Assembly (NCBI GenBank): GCA_036380855.1
Contig: DASVDY010000093.1
Location: forward strand, 1-40,294
Reading direction: 5' to 3'
Length of the DNA: 40,294 bases
DNA from: Rhodanobacteraceae bacterium
GTDB taxonomy: Bacteria > Pseudomonadota > Gammaproteobacteria > Xanthomonadales > Rhodanobacteraceae
Below, in pieces: positions 17,170-27,500 of the stretch (the first letter of the stretch is position 1; each line of letters begins with the position of its first letter). The notes beneath the pieces were generated by a model. That model had not been told where the DNA came from and made no database searches. It worked only from the letters and a program-made list of their open reading frames with translations. Position numbers and translations under genes: made by a program.

Positions 17170-18999
17170 GTGCAAGATCACGCCTTCCTGCAATCGGCCG
17201 TCGTCTTCCTGCTTGCAGTGGTGATTGCCGTGCCGCTGGCGCGGCGGCTGAAACTCGGATCGGTGCTCGGGTACCTGGCGGCCGGCGTGGCGATCGGTCC
17301 GTTCGGACTGCAATGGGTGCGCAACCCGGGCGCGATCGCCGGCATCTCCGAGCTGGGCGTGGCATTGCTGCTGTTCGTGATCGGACTCGAGCTCTCGCCG
17401 CAGCGGTTGTGGGTGATGCGCCGTTCGGTATTCGGCGCCGGCGCCGCGCAGGTGGTCGCCTGTGCCGCGGCCCTGGGCGCGATCGCCCACTTCGGTTTCG
17501 GCATGGGCCGGGCCAGCGCCAGCGTGATCGGGCTCGGGCTCGCGCTGTCCTCGACCGCCTTCGGATTGCAGACGCTGGCCGAACGCAAGGAGCTGCCGAG
17601 CGCGCATGGCCGGCTCGCGTTCGCCGTCCTGCTGTTCCAGGATCTGGCCGCGATCCCGCTGATCGCCGCCATTCCGTTGCTGGGCGTGCAGGTCGCCACC
17701 CATGCCGGGCAGCCGTGGTGGCTGGGCGCGTTGCGCGTGATCGGGGTCATCGCGGTGGTGGTGATCGGCGGCCGTTTTGCCTTGCGGCCGCTGTTCCGCG
17801 CGGTGGCGAAGACGCGGCTGGTCGAGGTGTCCACCGCGACGGCATTGCTGGTGGTGATCGGAACCGCGTACCTGATGCAACTTGCCGGCATTTCGATGGC
17901 ACTCGGCACGTTCCTCGCCGGCGTGCTGCTGGCCGATTCCGAGTACCGGCACGAGCTCGAATCACACATCCAGCCGTTCGAAGGATTGCTTCTCGGCCTG
18001 TTCTTCATCGCGGTCGGAATGGGCGTGGACCTGCACCTGCTGGTCGCGCATCCATGGATCGTGTGCGGGCTGGTCGCGCTGCTGCTCGCCTGCAAGGCGC
18101 CACTGCTGGCAGCGATCGCGCGCCTCGCCGGGCTGGATTACCCGGGGTCGGTCCGGATGGCCGTGCTGCTGGCCGGGGGCGGCGAATTCGCCTTCGTCGT
18201 CTTCAAGCTGGCCGCCGAACGCGGCCTGCTCGATGCCGACCAGCACCGCCTGCTGGTGCTGGTCATCACGCTCAGCATGGCCGCGGTGCCGCTGCTGGTG
18301 CTGGCGGGCGCGCGGCTGCCGGCCGCGCAGGGGCCGAAGCGCGAATTCGACGCGATCGAAGGCGATGCGCCGCGCGTGATCATCGCCGGGTTCGGTCGCG
18401 TGGGCCAGATCGTGGCGCGCCTGCTGCGCGCGCACCACATCCGCTTCACCGCGCTGGAATCCTCCGTCGAGCAGGTGGACCTGTCGCGGCGCTTCGGCGG
18501 CACCGAAATCTACTTCGGCGATCCTTCACGCATGGAACTGCTGCGCGCCGCGCAGGCCGACAAGGCCGAAGTATTCGTGCTCGCCACCGACGATCCGGAG
18601 ACCAACGTGCGCACCGCGCGCATCGTGCGGCGCCTGTATCCGCATCTCAAGATCATCGCGCGCGCGCGCAACCGCCAGCATGCATTCCGGCTGATGGACC
18701 TCACCTCGCCCGAGGTGGTGGTGCGCGAGACCTTCCATTCCAGCCTGAAGATGGCGCAACTGACGCTGGAGGCGCTGGGGCTCGCGCCGGAAGCGGCGCG
18801 CTCGCGGGTGGAAACGTTCCGCCGCTACGACGAGCAACTGCTGCGCGACCAGCACCTCGTCTACGACGACGACGCGGCGATGGTGCAGAGTTCGAAGGAA
18901 GCTTACGCGGAGCTGGAGCGGCTGTTCGAGGCCGATATCGCCTCGAATGTCGTCGAGATCACTCCGCCGACGACGCGGGCTGGCGCAGCACGCGACTGA
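17170..18999 (+). CDS. kefB: Glutathione-regulated K+ efflux (K+/H+ antiporter) KefB/KefC family with C-terminal TrkA-N domain
   Basis: The N-terminus VQDHAFLQSAVVFLLAVVIAVPLARRLKLGSVLGYLAAGVAIGP matches Kef N-termini. The Rossmann motif RVIIAGFGRVGQIVARLL is present. The start is placed at GTG 17170 within the longer track ORF. Confidence 0.85.
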   Translation: MQDHAFLQSAVVFLLAVVIAVPLARRLKLGSVLGYLAAGVAIGPFGLQWVRNPGAIAGISELGVALLLFVIGLELSPQRLWVMRRSVFGAGAAQVVACAAALGAIAHFGFGMGRASASVIGLGLALSSTAFGLQTLAERKELPSAHGRLAFAVLLFQDLAAIPLIAAIPLLGVQVATHAGQPWWLGALRVIGVIAVVVIGGRFALRPLFRAVAKTRLVEVSTATALLVVIGTAYLMQLAGISMALGTFLAGVLLADSEYRHELESHIQPFEGLLLGLFFIAVGMGVDLHLLVAHPWIVCGLVALLLACKAPLLAAIARLAGLDYPGSVRMAVLLAGGGEFAFVVFKLAAERGLLDADQHRLLVLVITLSMAAVPLLVLAGARLPAAQGPKREFDAIEGDAPRVIIAGFGRVGQIVARLLRAHHIRFTALESSVEQVDLSRRFGGTEIYFGDPSRMELLRAAQADKAEVFVLATDDPETNVRTARIVRRLYPHLKIIARARNRQHAFRLMDLTSPEVVVRETFHSSLKMAQLTLEALGLAPEAARSRVETFRRYDEQLLRDQHLVYDDDAAMVQSSKEAYAELERLFEADIASNVVEITPPTTRAGAARD

Positions 19000-21900
19000 C
19001 GCCCGGCATCGCCCGCGGCGCGAGTTCCATCGCGAGGTCCACCAGGCCGAGCAGGCGCGCGACGTCAGAAGGCGTGCGCCCGAAGCCGTCGGTGCCTTCG
19101 CGGTTGGCGCCGCGAGCGAGCAGCGCGCGCGCCGGCGCGAACAGCGCGTGCATTGCGCAGGCGTGCAAGGCACCGACACCGCGCGCATCGGCGCGGTCCG
19201 GGTTGGCGCCGGCGTCCAGCAGCGCCGGCAGCAGCGCGGCGAGATGGGTGCCGTCGGCTACCGCGTCCGGCTTGGCCTGCGCACCGAGCAGCAACAGCAA
19301 CGGCGTGGCGCCCTGCGCGTCGGCGGCATCCACGCGTGCCGGATCCTTGCCGCAGGTGCGCAGCAGCGCGTCCAGCAGCCGACGGCAGCGCAGGCTGTCG
19401 CGGCTGTCGAAACAGAACCGCGCGGCGGCATGCAGCGCGGTGCGGCCATGCTCGTCGGTGAGCGCAGGATCGGCGCCGCGTTCGAGCAGCGCCTCGACGA
19501 TCTCCGGAAAGCCCAATGCCGCGGCGACCATCAGCGCGGTCGCATTGCCCGGCAGTCGCTGGTCGGCCCTGGCGCCGTGCTCAAGCAGCAGCTTCACCAC
19601 TTCGACGCGGCGGGCGCTGACCGCGGCAGACAGCGGCGTCGCGCCCGATTCGGCGGCCAGCATCGCGTCGGCACGCGCCTGCAGCAGTCGCTGCGCGGCA
19701 TCAACGTGGCCTGCGCCGCAGGCGCGCAGCAGCGCGCTCGCGCCGCGCTCGTCGCGCGTGTTGATCGGGAAGCCCAGCTCCAGCAATTTCGAAACCGCAT
19801 CCGCATCGCCACAGGAGGCAGCCAGTGGCAGGTCGCTTGCGCGCAGCGGGCGCTGCGGCAGCGGCCATGCGCCCCAGCGCAACCAGTGTTCCAGCGTGGC
19901 ATCGCCGCGCGCCAGCGCCAGGCCCAGCGGCGTTTCGCCATTGGCAGCCGGGCACTCCGGATCGGCGCCGTGAGCGACCAGCGCACGCACCAGCGGCAAC
20001 GCCGCCGCGCGATCGGCATTCAGCGCAATGTGCAGGGGCGTGGCGCCGTCGCGATCGCGTACGTTGGGGTCGGCCCCGCGCTCGAGCAGTGCGTCCAGCA
20101 CCGGAGCCAGGGCCGCGCAGGCGGCGTAGTGCAGCGGCGTGCGGTGGCCCGGATCGGCGCCGAAGGCATCCGCGCCGCGCGCGAGCAGGTCCAGCGCGAA
20201 CGGCGCCGCCTGCGGCGCATCCACCAGTTTCGCAAGCGTGCGGGCGTACAGGCCGGCGCCGCTGCAGCTCGCACCGGCCTCGAGCAACTGGCGCAGGGCA
20301 TCCTGCGATTCGGGCAGGCGCTCGATCAGCGCATCGAACAGGCGCACCCCGTCGTCGAGTGTCGGTTCCGCGCCCAGCCCGTGTTCCAGCAACCACTGGC
20401 GTGCGCCCGCGTGCTCGGCTTCCGACAGTTCCAGGTACAACGCGGCAAGTTCCGCGACCGGCCAGGCGCGTGCGCGCTCGGCAAAGCCGGCCACCACCGC
20501 CCAATGCCCGAAGCGCAACGCATCGAGCAGGTGCGCGGGCGTGTCGGCGCCCGGCTCTGGCTGCGCCGCAACGGCGTGCGAAGACGGCAGCGGCTTGCTC
20601 GGGTCGAGCAGCGCGACCAGGTCCCAGCGGCCCGCGTTGGCCGCGTGTTCCAGCGCATTGCGGCCATCGGCACTGCGGGCATGCGGATCGGCGCCGGCGG
20701 CGAGCAGCGCCTGTATGCAGCGTGCGTTGGCGCGTGGCGACTGGCAGGCCAGCAGCAGTGCGTCGCGACCGTGCGCATCGCGCGCGTGCACGTCCGGCTG
20801 GGCGGCGAGCAGCGCTTCCAGCACTTCGCATGCGCCCGCGCGGGCGGCTTCCATCAGCGCGGTCGTGCCGTGGCGGTCGGCGAGGTTCGGGTTTGCGCCC
20901 GCTTCCAGCAGCGTTCGCGCAATGCCGGGGTGGCCTTCCAGCGCCGCACTCATCAGCGCGCTGCGGCCCAGGCTGTCCACCGCGTCCACGCGCGCCTTGT
21001 GCTTGAGCAGGATCTGCACGCCCTGCGGATCGTCGTCGGCCACCGCCGCCGCGGCCAGCAGCGCGGGCTCGCCCTGCGCCGGCTCGCACTTCGCGCCGTG
21101 CTCCAGCAGGAATTTCAGCAGGCTCCAGTTGCCCGCGCCGGCGGCCGAACCGAGCGGCGAGTGACGGTTGCGATTGAGCGCGTCCAGCGGTGCCTGCGCG
21201 TCAATCAGAATCGCCGCGATCGAAGGCTCGGCGGCGAGCGCCGCGTGGTGCAGCGGCGTGTTGCCGTCGCGATCGCACAGCCGCGGATCGGCGCCGTTGG
21301 CGAGCAGGGTCATGACCGCTTCGGCGCGCCCGTGATAGCTGTCCCGCGTGGCGGCGAGCAGCGCGGTGACGTCGGCGTGCGCGCGGTTGACCTGGGCGCC
21401 GCGCGCAATCAATGCGCGCAGCAGTCGGGTGTCGGGCAGCAGCGCCGCGAGCACCAGCGCGCTGCGCTGGTCGCGCGCGCCGGCTGCGGGCAGCGCATCC
21501 GGATCGGCGCCCGCTTCCAGCCATTGCAGCGCGCGGTCCACTTCCCCCGCGCGCGAGCTGTCCAGCAATCCCTGGTTCAACGCGGCCTGCGGAAGCTGCG
21601 ACGGGTTGGCGTGCGATGCGGTGTCCGGATCCGCAGCGGGCGCGAGCGGGGTATCGCCGGATTCGGCTCGCGGCGGTTCCTCGCCGCCACGGGGCCTGTC
21701 GCGACTTCCGCAGAGCAGGATGCGCAGCGTGCGGTTGGCGGCAATCAGCGTGCACAAGGGCAGCAGCACGATCGCGTACAGGAACAGCGCCGCGGTGCGC
21801 AACTCGTCGGGCATCACCGAACCCACGCCGGCCAGCGCGAGCGCGCCGAATGCGAGCGCAAGATAGGCGAGCGCGGCGGGCAGGAAATGGCTGAAAAAAT

Positions 21901-22396
21901 GGTCCTGCTCGCCCGTGAGGTGCGTGGCGAAGGCGACACTGCGGGTCAGCGCGGTGGAAATCCATGAGCGCTCTTCGCCTTGGGGAAAGGCGTCGTCCCA
22001 TACGAACACCAGGCCGAACGCGGGCCACAGTCGCCACAGCAGTGCGAGCGCCGCGACCAGCGCCGCGCACAATGCCAGGGTCGCAACCAGCGAAGGCGCC
22101 TGCGACAACGCCAGCAGCGGCCACGCCACGAGCACGAACACCACCGCGGTGTAGAACGAGAACAGGATCAGGTGCGTCGCGCCGCGCAGCAGGACGGTGC
22201 GCAGGAAGGAGGTCTCCGGGTCGAAGCCGATCGCATGGCACATCGCCGCCATGCACAGGGTATTGGCCAGCAGCAACGGCAGCAGGGCGAGGGTGCGCGC
22301 ACCGAAGGCGGCCAGTGCGACCGCCGCCAGGGCGGGCAGGAAGCAGGGCAGGGAAAGCAGCAGCGGCGGCCGTCGGCGCGGCTTGGAGCTTGGCAT
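18959..22396 (-). CDS. Large membrane-anchored ankyrin-repeat protein (1145 aa)
   Basis: The N-terminal ~230 aa contain about 6 hydrophobic helices. After a Pro/acidic linker come about 19-20 ANK-like repeats in two blocks (e.g. GADPRLCDRDGNTPLHHAA, GANPNLADRHGTTALMEAA, GADPNVRDRDGATPLHIAL, GADPALTDEHGRTALHAAA). Confidence 0.85.
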   Translation of the reverse strand: MPSSKPRRRPPLLLSLPCFLPALAAVALAAFGARTLALLPLLLANTLCMAAMCHAIGFDPETSFLRTVLLRGATHLILFSFYTAVVFVLVAWPLLALSQAPSLVATLALCAALVAALALLWRLWPAFGLVFVWDDAFPQGEERSWISTALTRSVAFATHLTGEQDHFFSHFLPAALAYLALAFGALALAGVGSVMPDELRTAALFLYAIVLLPLCTLIAANRTLRILLCGSRDRPRGGEEPPRAESGDTPLAPAADPDTASHANPSQLPQAALNQGLLDSSRAGEVDRALQWLEAGADPDALPAAGARDQRSALVLAALLPDTRLLRALIARGAQVNRAHADVTALLAATRDSYHGRAEAVMTLLANGADPRLCDRDGNTPLHHAALAAEPSIAAILIDAQAPLDALNRNRHSPLGSAAGAGNWSLLKFLLEHGAKCEPAQGEPALLAAAAVADDDPQGVQILLKHKARVDAVDSLGRSALMSAALEGHPGIARTLLEAGANPNLADRHGTTALMEAARAGACEVLEALLAAQPDVHARDAHGRDALLLACQSPRANARCIQALLAAGADPHARSADGRNALEHAANAGRWDLVALLDPSKPLPSSHAVAAQPEPGADTPAHLLDALRFGHWAVVAGFAERARAWPVAELAALYLELSEAEHAGARQWLLEHGLGAEPTLDDGVRLFDALIERLPESQDALRQLLEAGASCSGAGLYARTLAKLVDAPQAAPFALDLLARGADAFGADPGHRTPLHYAACAALAPVLDALLERGADPNVRDRDGATPLHIALNADRAAALPLVRALVAHGADPECPAANGETPLGLALARGDATLEHWLRWGAWPLPQRPLRASDLPLAASCGDADAVSKLLELGFPINTRDERGASALLRACGAGHVDAAQRLLQARADAMLAAESGATPLSAAVSARRVEVVKLLLEHGARADQRLPGNATALMVAAALGFPEIVEALLERGADPALTDEHGRTALHAAARFCFDSRDSLRCRRLLDALLRTCGKDPARVDAADAQGATPLLLLLGAQAKPDAVADGTHLAALLPALLDAGANPDRADARGVGALHACAMHALFAPARALLARGANREGTDGFGRTPSDVARLLGLVDLAMELAPRAMPGVSRVLRQPASSAE

Positions 22397-22693
22397 TGAA
22401 CGGAAACTCGCAACGGCGGAAGCGCCGCAGTATACGCAAGGCTCACGCGCGCAAACGGTAACGCGGCGTTAATTGCGGCGGCCCGCGGTCGCCCGGAAAT
22501 CGAATGCGCGCCGGCGGGCCCGTTGCGCGATCGGGGGCCCTTGACCGGGGTCAATGCGCCGCGACGGCGCTTTCTTCAGGCTCTTGATTCCTCGTCGCGA
22601 TCCGTTCACAGTGGCGCCCGGGAGTTCAAACAAGCGTATGAATAGCGCCATCCGGCGCCTTCGCGCGCGTCTCAACCTGAGGGAGAACGTTTC

Positions 22694-24076
22694 ATGAGTA
22701 CGACTTCGATGTTCCGGCGGCGCGCGCGTGGCCTGGTCCTCGCGGCCCTGACGGTTGCAGTGGCCGGCGCGCTGGTCAGCACGGATGCCTCGGCCGCCGG
22801 TTTCCAGATCAAGGAAAACAGCGCCAAGGCGCTCGGTCGCGCCTTCGCCGGCGTGGATACCGCCGGCGACGACGTCTCGGTGGTGGTCAACAACCCGGCG
22901 GCGATGGCGGATTTGCAGGGCACCGCCTTCCAGGCGGATATCACTGCCATTGACGTCAACACCCAGTTCCACGGCAGCGGCACCGACGCGTTCGGCTTTC
23001 CGCTCAGCGGGGGCAATGGCGGCAACGGCGGCGACGTGACTCCGGTGCCGGCGATGTATTTCTCGGCGCCGATCAACGACGCCTGGCGCATCGGCTTCGC
23101 GTTCACCGCACCTTATGGCCTCAAGACCCAGTACGACAGCGGCTGGATGGGCCGTTACCAGGCGTTGAAGTCGAAGGTGACTTCGATGGATATCACCGGT
23201 TCGATTTCGTGGCAGGTCAATCCCCAGGTCGCGTTGGGCCTGTCGCTGATCGCGCAGAAGACCAAGGTTGACCTCAGCAACGCGGTGGATTTCGGCGCGG
23301 TCATCGCCGGTGCGCAGATCCAGCAGTGCATCGCGCTGGGCGGCGATCCCGCCACCTGTCCGGCGAGCGTGAGCGTGCTGCCGCAATCGGCCGACGGCAC
23401 CGCCCGCGTGCAGGGCGACGACTGGAGCTACGGCTGGGCGCTCGGCGCGGAGTTCAAGCCCACCGAGCAGGACCGCATCGGCCTGTCCTACCACGCCAAG
23501 ATCAACCACACGATCAGCGGCACGGCCACCTTCCAGCTTCCGCCGGTGGCGCAGACGCTGGGCCTCGGGGCGGTATTCGCCAATGGCGGCGCCAGCGGCG
23601 ACTTCGCCACGCCGGCCTCTGCCACCTTCACCTACTGGCATGTCGGCAATGGGCCGGTGAGCTGGGGCGCCAATCTTGGCTGGACCAAGTGGGATTCGTT
23701 CCAGCAACTGGCGATCAGGTTCGACAATGGAACCTCTTCCGTGGAACCCGAAAACTGGCGGAACACCTTCTTCGGCTCGCTCGGCATGGACTACAAGCTC
23801 AACGAGCAGTGGACGCTGCGCGGCGGCGTGGCCATTGACCAGACGCCGACCCGCGACGAAACCCGCACCCCGCGCATTCCGGACGGCATGCGCCGCTGGC
23901 TTGCATTCGGCGTGGGTTATGCGCCGAGCCAGAACGTCGAGTTCAATGTCGGCTACGCGCACCTGTTCGTGGACAACGGCGACGTGAACAACATGTCCGC
24001 CACCGGCGACCACCTTGTCGGCAGCTTCGACAACAGCGGCAACCTGCTCAGCGTGTCGGGCACGTTCCGCTTCTGA
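22694..24076 (+). CDS. fadL: Outer-membrane long-chain fatty acid / hydrophobic compound transporter (FadL/TodX family)
   Basis: A signal peptide is followed by AGFQIKENSAKALGRAFAG, the hallmark FadL N-terminal hatch. The C-terminal beta-signal ends in ...SGTFRF. SD GGGAGA lies upstream. Confidence 0.9.
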   Translation: MSTTSMFRRRARGLVLAALTVAVAGALVSTDASAAGFQIKENSAKALGRAFAGVDTAGDDVSVVVNNPAAMADLQGTAFQADITAIDVNTQFHGSGTDAFGFPLSGGNGGNGGDVTPVPAMYFSAPINDAWRIGFAFTAPYGLKTQYDSGWMGRYQALKSKVTSMDITGSISWQVNPQVALGLSLIAQKTKVDLSNAVDFGAVIAGAQIQQCIALGGDPATCPASVSVLPQSADGTARVQGDDWSYGWALGAEFKPTEQDRIGLSYHAKINHTISGTATFQLPPVAQTLGLGAVFANGGASGDFATPASATFTYWHVGNGPVSWGANLGWTKWDSFQQLAIRFDNGTSSVEPENWRNTFFGSLGMDYKLNEQWTLRGGVAIDQTPTRDETRTPRIPDGMRRWLAFGVGYAPSQNVEFNVGYAHLFVDNGDVNNMSATGDHLVGSFDNSGNLLSVSGTFRF

Positions 24077-24162
24077 ACCGGGGCTGGCGCGCCCTCGACC
24101 AGGGCGCGCTTCGGCTGCACGGACGGGGCGTCCGACACACCGGATCATGGAGATCGCAAAAA

Positions 24163-24195
24163 GAAAGCCGGCCATCCTGGCCGGCTTTCTTTTCA
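24163..24195 (+). terminator. Rho-independent terminator after fadL
   Basis: GAAAGCCGGCC, loop ATCCT, GGCCGGCTTTC, followed by TTTT. Confidence 0.75.
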
Positions 24196-24572
24196 GGGGA
24201 TCGAAAAAGGAGCCGGGGCATCCCTGCCGCCGCATTCGTCCGTGGATTCCTTGCGAGCCCGGCCCCTGAATACGAACGAGCTTCCCGCCGCGTCCGCCTC
24301 CGGTTCGACGCGAGCGCCGAGGCGGAGAACCTCATCCCTGATTCAGGCGCGCACCAACCGCACGCGGCGCGTCCCTGCGCGTGGAGAGTGACGCAAGCGG
24401 GATGCCAAGCTCCAACGGATGGCCTGTTCAATAGAATCAGGTGCTTGCCGCCAAATCCTTGGCGCCATTTCGGGCATTGTGCAAAAGCCATACTTCCGGC
24501 CGGGCGATTTGCACGGCAGGGCTGGGCTCAGCGGCGATGCCGGGGGCCGGCCTTGTCGCCGGCGCAAGCGCC

Positions 24573-27500
24573 CTACTCGGCCATGGTCAGCAGGCTGGCG
24601 TTGCCGCCCGCGGCCGTGGTGTTGATCGTCACCGTGCGTTCGGTGGCGAAGCGCAGCAGGTAGTGCGGGCCGCCGGCCTTGGGGCCGGTGCCGGAAAGGT
24701 TTTCGCCGCCGAACGGCTGAACGCCAACCACCGCACCGATCTGGTTGCGGTTGACGTAAGTGTTGCCGACGCGCGCGCGGCGGGTGATGTGCTCGATGGT
24801 TTCGTCAATGCGGCTGTGGATGCCGAGCGTCAGCCCGAAGCCGGTCGCGTTGATCGCGTCAATGACTTGATCGAGTTCGCTCGCCTTCCAGCGCACCACA
24901 TGCAGCGCCGGACCGAACACTTCCTGGGTCAGCACGCTGATCGAGGGAATCTCGTAGGCGCGCGGCACGAAGAAGGTGCCGTGCTCGCTGCCCGGCGCGA
25001 GCTTCGCCTGGTTGATCAGCTTCGCTTCGCGGCCCATGCGCTCGGCATGTTCGTTGAGCACGCTGCACGAGGGCACGTCAATCACCGGACCGACGTCGGT
25101 GGACAGCAGCGCCGGGTCGCCGACGGTCAGTTCGTCCATCGCGCCGGACAGCATCGCGATCACCTTGTCGGCGATGTCTTCCTGCACGAACAGCACGCGC
25201 GCGGCGGAACACCGTTGGCCCGCGGAATCGAACGCGCTCGCCATCACATCCTTGACCAGTTGCTCCGGCAGCGCGGAGGAATCGGCGATCAGCGCATTCT
25301 GGCCGCCGGTCTCGGCGATCAGCGCCGCGATCGGCGCCTTGCGCGCGGCCAGCGTGCGGTTGATCGTCCAGGCGGTCTCGGTCGAACCGGTGAAGCACAC
25401 GCCGGCGATTTCCGGCCGGGTCAGCAGCGTGTTGCCGAGCACCGAGCCTTTGCATGGCACGAACTGCAGCACCATCTCCGGCACGCCGGCCTCGTGCAGC
25501 AGCTTCACCATCGCGTGGCCGACCAGGGTGGTCTGGTCCGCAGGCTTGGCGATCACCGAGTTGCCCGCGGCAAGACCCGCCGCGATCTGGCCGGTGAAAA
25601 TCGCCAGCGGGAAATTCCACGGCGAGATGCACACGAACACGCCGCGCCCGCGCAGGTACAGGCGGTTGCTTTCCCCGGTCGGGCCGGGCAATTCCTGCGG
25701 TTCGCCGAACAGCTTGCGCGCCATCGCGGCGTAGTAACGGCACATGTCGGCCGCTTCGCGCACTTCGGAAATCGCGGCGGGAATCGTTTTGCCCGCCTCG
25801 CGCACGCATAGCGCGACGAACGCGCCGCGGCGCTGTTCGAGGAGATCGGCTGCGCGCTCCAGGATCACCGCGCGACTGGCGGCCGGCAGCGTGTCCCAGC
25901 CTTCCTGCGCGGCCACCGCATTGGCAAGTGCGCGCTCGATGGTCGCGGCATCGGCATTGCGGCTCCTGCCCACCACCACACGACGGTCGGCCGGATTGGT
26001 GACGTCGCGCTCGGGCTCGTTCGAGTTCGCGCCGGGTACCAGCGGAGCCGCGGACCACGGCGCGTGCGGCGCGTTGACGGTTTCGGCGAGCGCTTTCAGC
26101 TCGTCGTCGTTGGCAAGGTTGACGCCCATGGAATTCTTCCGCAGTGAACCGTAGAGATTGACCGGCAGGGGGATGCGCGGGTGTTCGTAGCGCCCGCCAT
26201 GCGCGGCGCCGAAGGCGCGCACGATCTGCACCGGGTCGGCGACCAGGTCGCGCACCGGCACGGCTTCGTCAATAACACGATTGACGAACGAGGTGTTGGC
26301 GCCGTTCTCCAGCAGGCGCCGCACCAGGTAAGGCAGCAAGTCCTCGTGGCTGCCGACCGGCGCGTACACGCGACAAGGCACGTTCCAGCGGTCGGCGCCG
26401 ATCACCTCCGAATACAGGTCCGCGCCCATCCCGTGCAGGCGCTGGTATTCGAATGGACGTCCGTTCGCGATGTGGTGGATCGCACTGATCGTGTGCGCGT
26501 TGTGGGTGGCAAATTGCGGATAGATCCACTCGCTGCCAGCATCCAGCAGCTTCTTCGCGCAAGCGAGATAGGACACGTCCGTGTTGGGCTTGCGCGTGAA
26601 CACCGGATATCCGGAAAGCCCCAGCTCCTGTGCGCGCTTGATTTCCGAATCCCAGTACGCACCCTTCACCAGCCGCACGCACCAGCGACGGTTGGCCGCT
26701 TTCGCGGTCTGCGCGAGCCAGTCAATCACGAATGGCGCACGCTTCTGGTAGGCCTGTACCGCGAGGCCGAAGCCGTTCCAGCCTTCCAGCGATTTCGCCG
26801 CGAACACCGCGCCGACGATGTCCAGTGACAATTCAAGACGATCGGCTTCCTCGGCATCCACGGTCATGCCGATGCCATGCTGTTTCGCCAGTTGCGCCAG
26901 TTGCAGCAGCGCGTCGGTGAGTTCGACGTGCGCGCGCTCGCGCTTGGCGACTTCATAGCGCGGATGCAGCGCGGAAAGCTTGACCGAGATGGATGGCGCC
27001 TCGCGCACATCCGCCCACGGACCACGCTTGCCGAGTGCGACGATCGCATCGGCGTAGGCCTTGAAATAGCGCTGCGCATCCGGCGCGGTCAGCGCGGCCT
27101 CGCCCAGCATGTCGTAGGAATAGCGGTAGGCGGCGTTGCCGTTCTTGGCCGAACGATCCAGCGCTTCCTCTATCGAGCGGCCCATCACGAACTGGTGACC
27201 CATGATGCGCATCGCGCGGCGCACGGCCAGCCGGATCACCGGTTCGCCCGCGCGCGCGATCAGGCGCTTGAACGCGCCGGCGGCATCGCGCCGCGTGGCA
27301 TCGGCGAGGTTCACCAGCCGCCCGGTCAGCATCAGGCCCCAGGTCGAGGCGTTGACGAACAGCGAATCGCTGCTGCCGAGATGCTTCTTCCAGTCCGCCT
27401 CGCCCAGCTTGTCGCGGATCAGCTTGTCGGCGGTCAGCCGGTCGGGGATGCGCAGCAACGCCTCGGCCACGCACATCAGCAGCACGCCTTCCTCGGAGGA

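Noticed and set aside
16780-17170. Assignment of the kefB leader to a known riboswitch class (cobalamin, ykkC/guanidine-I, -II, -III, ZTP, fluoride, Mn2+ yybP-ykoY, glycine, c-di-AMP ydaO) or to SRP/6S RNA
   Set aside because: The conserved cores I remember (B12 box, CUAGGG...GGUCCGAGAG, ACGR loops, CCGCCUGGGC, CUGAUGA, GGGGAGUAG...UUGACA, AGGUCCGGAAGGAAGCAGCC) are absent. There is only a loose resemblance (CCGGACGG..., GGGACAACGCG) to guanidine-III, and the spacing and gene context are wrong. A covariance-model scan is needed.
17313-21967. Very long + strand ORFs (17313..19973, 886 aa; 18947..21967, 1006 aa; also 19825..21006 and 20139..21164)
   Set aside because: Their translations are Arg/Ala/Gly/Pro-dominated low-complexity strings, typical of off-frame or antisense reading of ~70% GC DNA. 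They overlap the well-supported kefB-like and ankyrin-repeat genes and show no recognisable motifs.
22469-24235. 588-aa - strand ORF opposite fadL
   Set aside because: It is antisense to a FadL-family gene that has a signal peptide, the N-terminal hatch motif and a terminal Phe beta-signal. Its translation is a high-GC artefact.
24196-24572. Small gene or sRNA in the 380-bp fadL-putA spacer (including track ORF 24048..24491 -)
   Set aside because: The ORF translation is compositionally artefactual. I found only weak stems (e.g. GTGCAAA 24478-84 / TTTGCAC 24508-14) without U-runs, which is not enough to call a feature.
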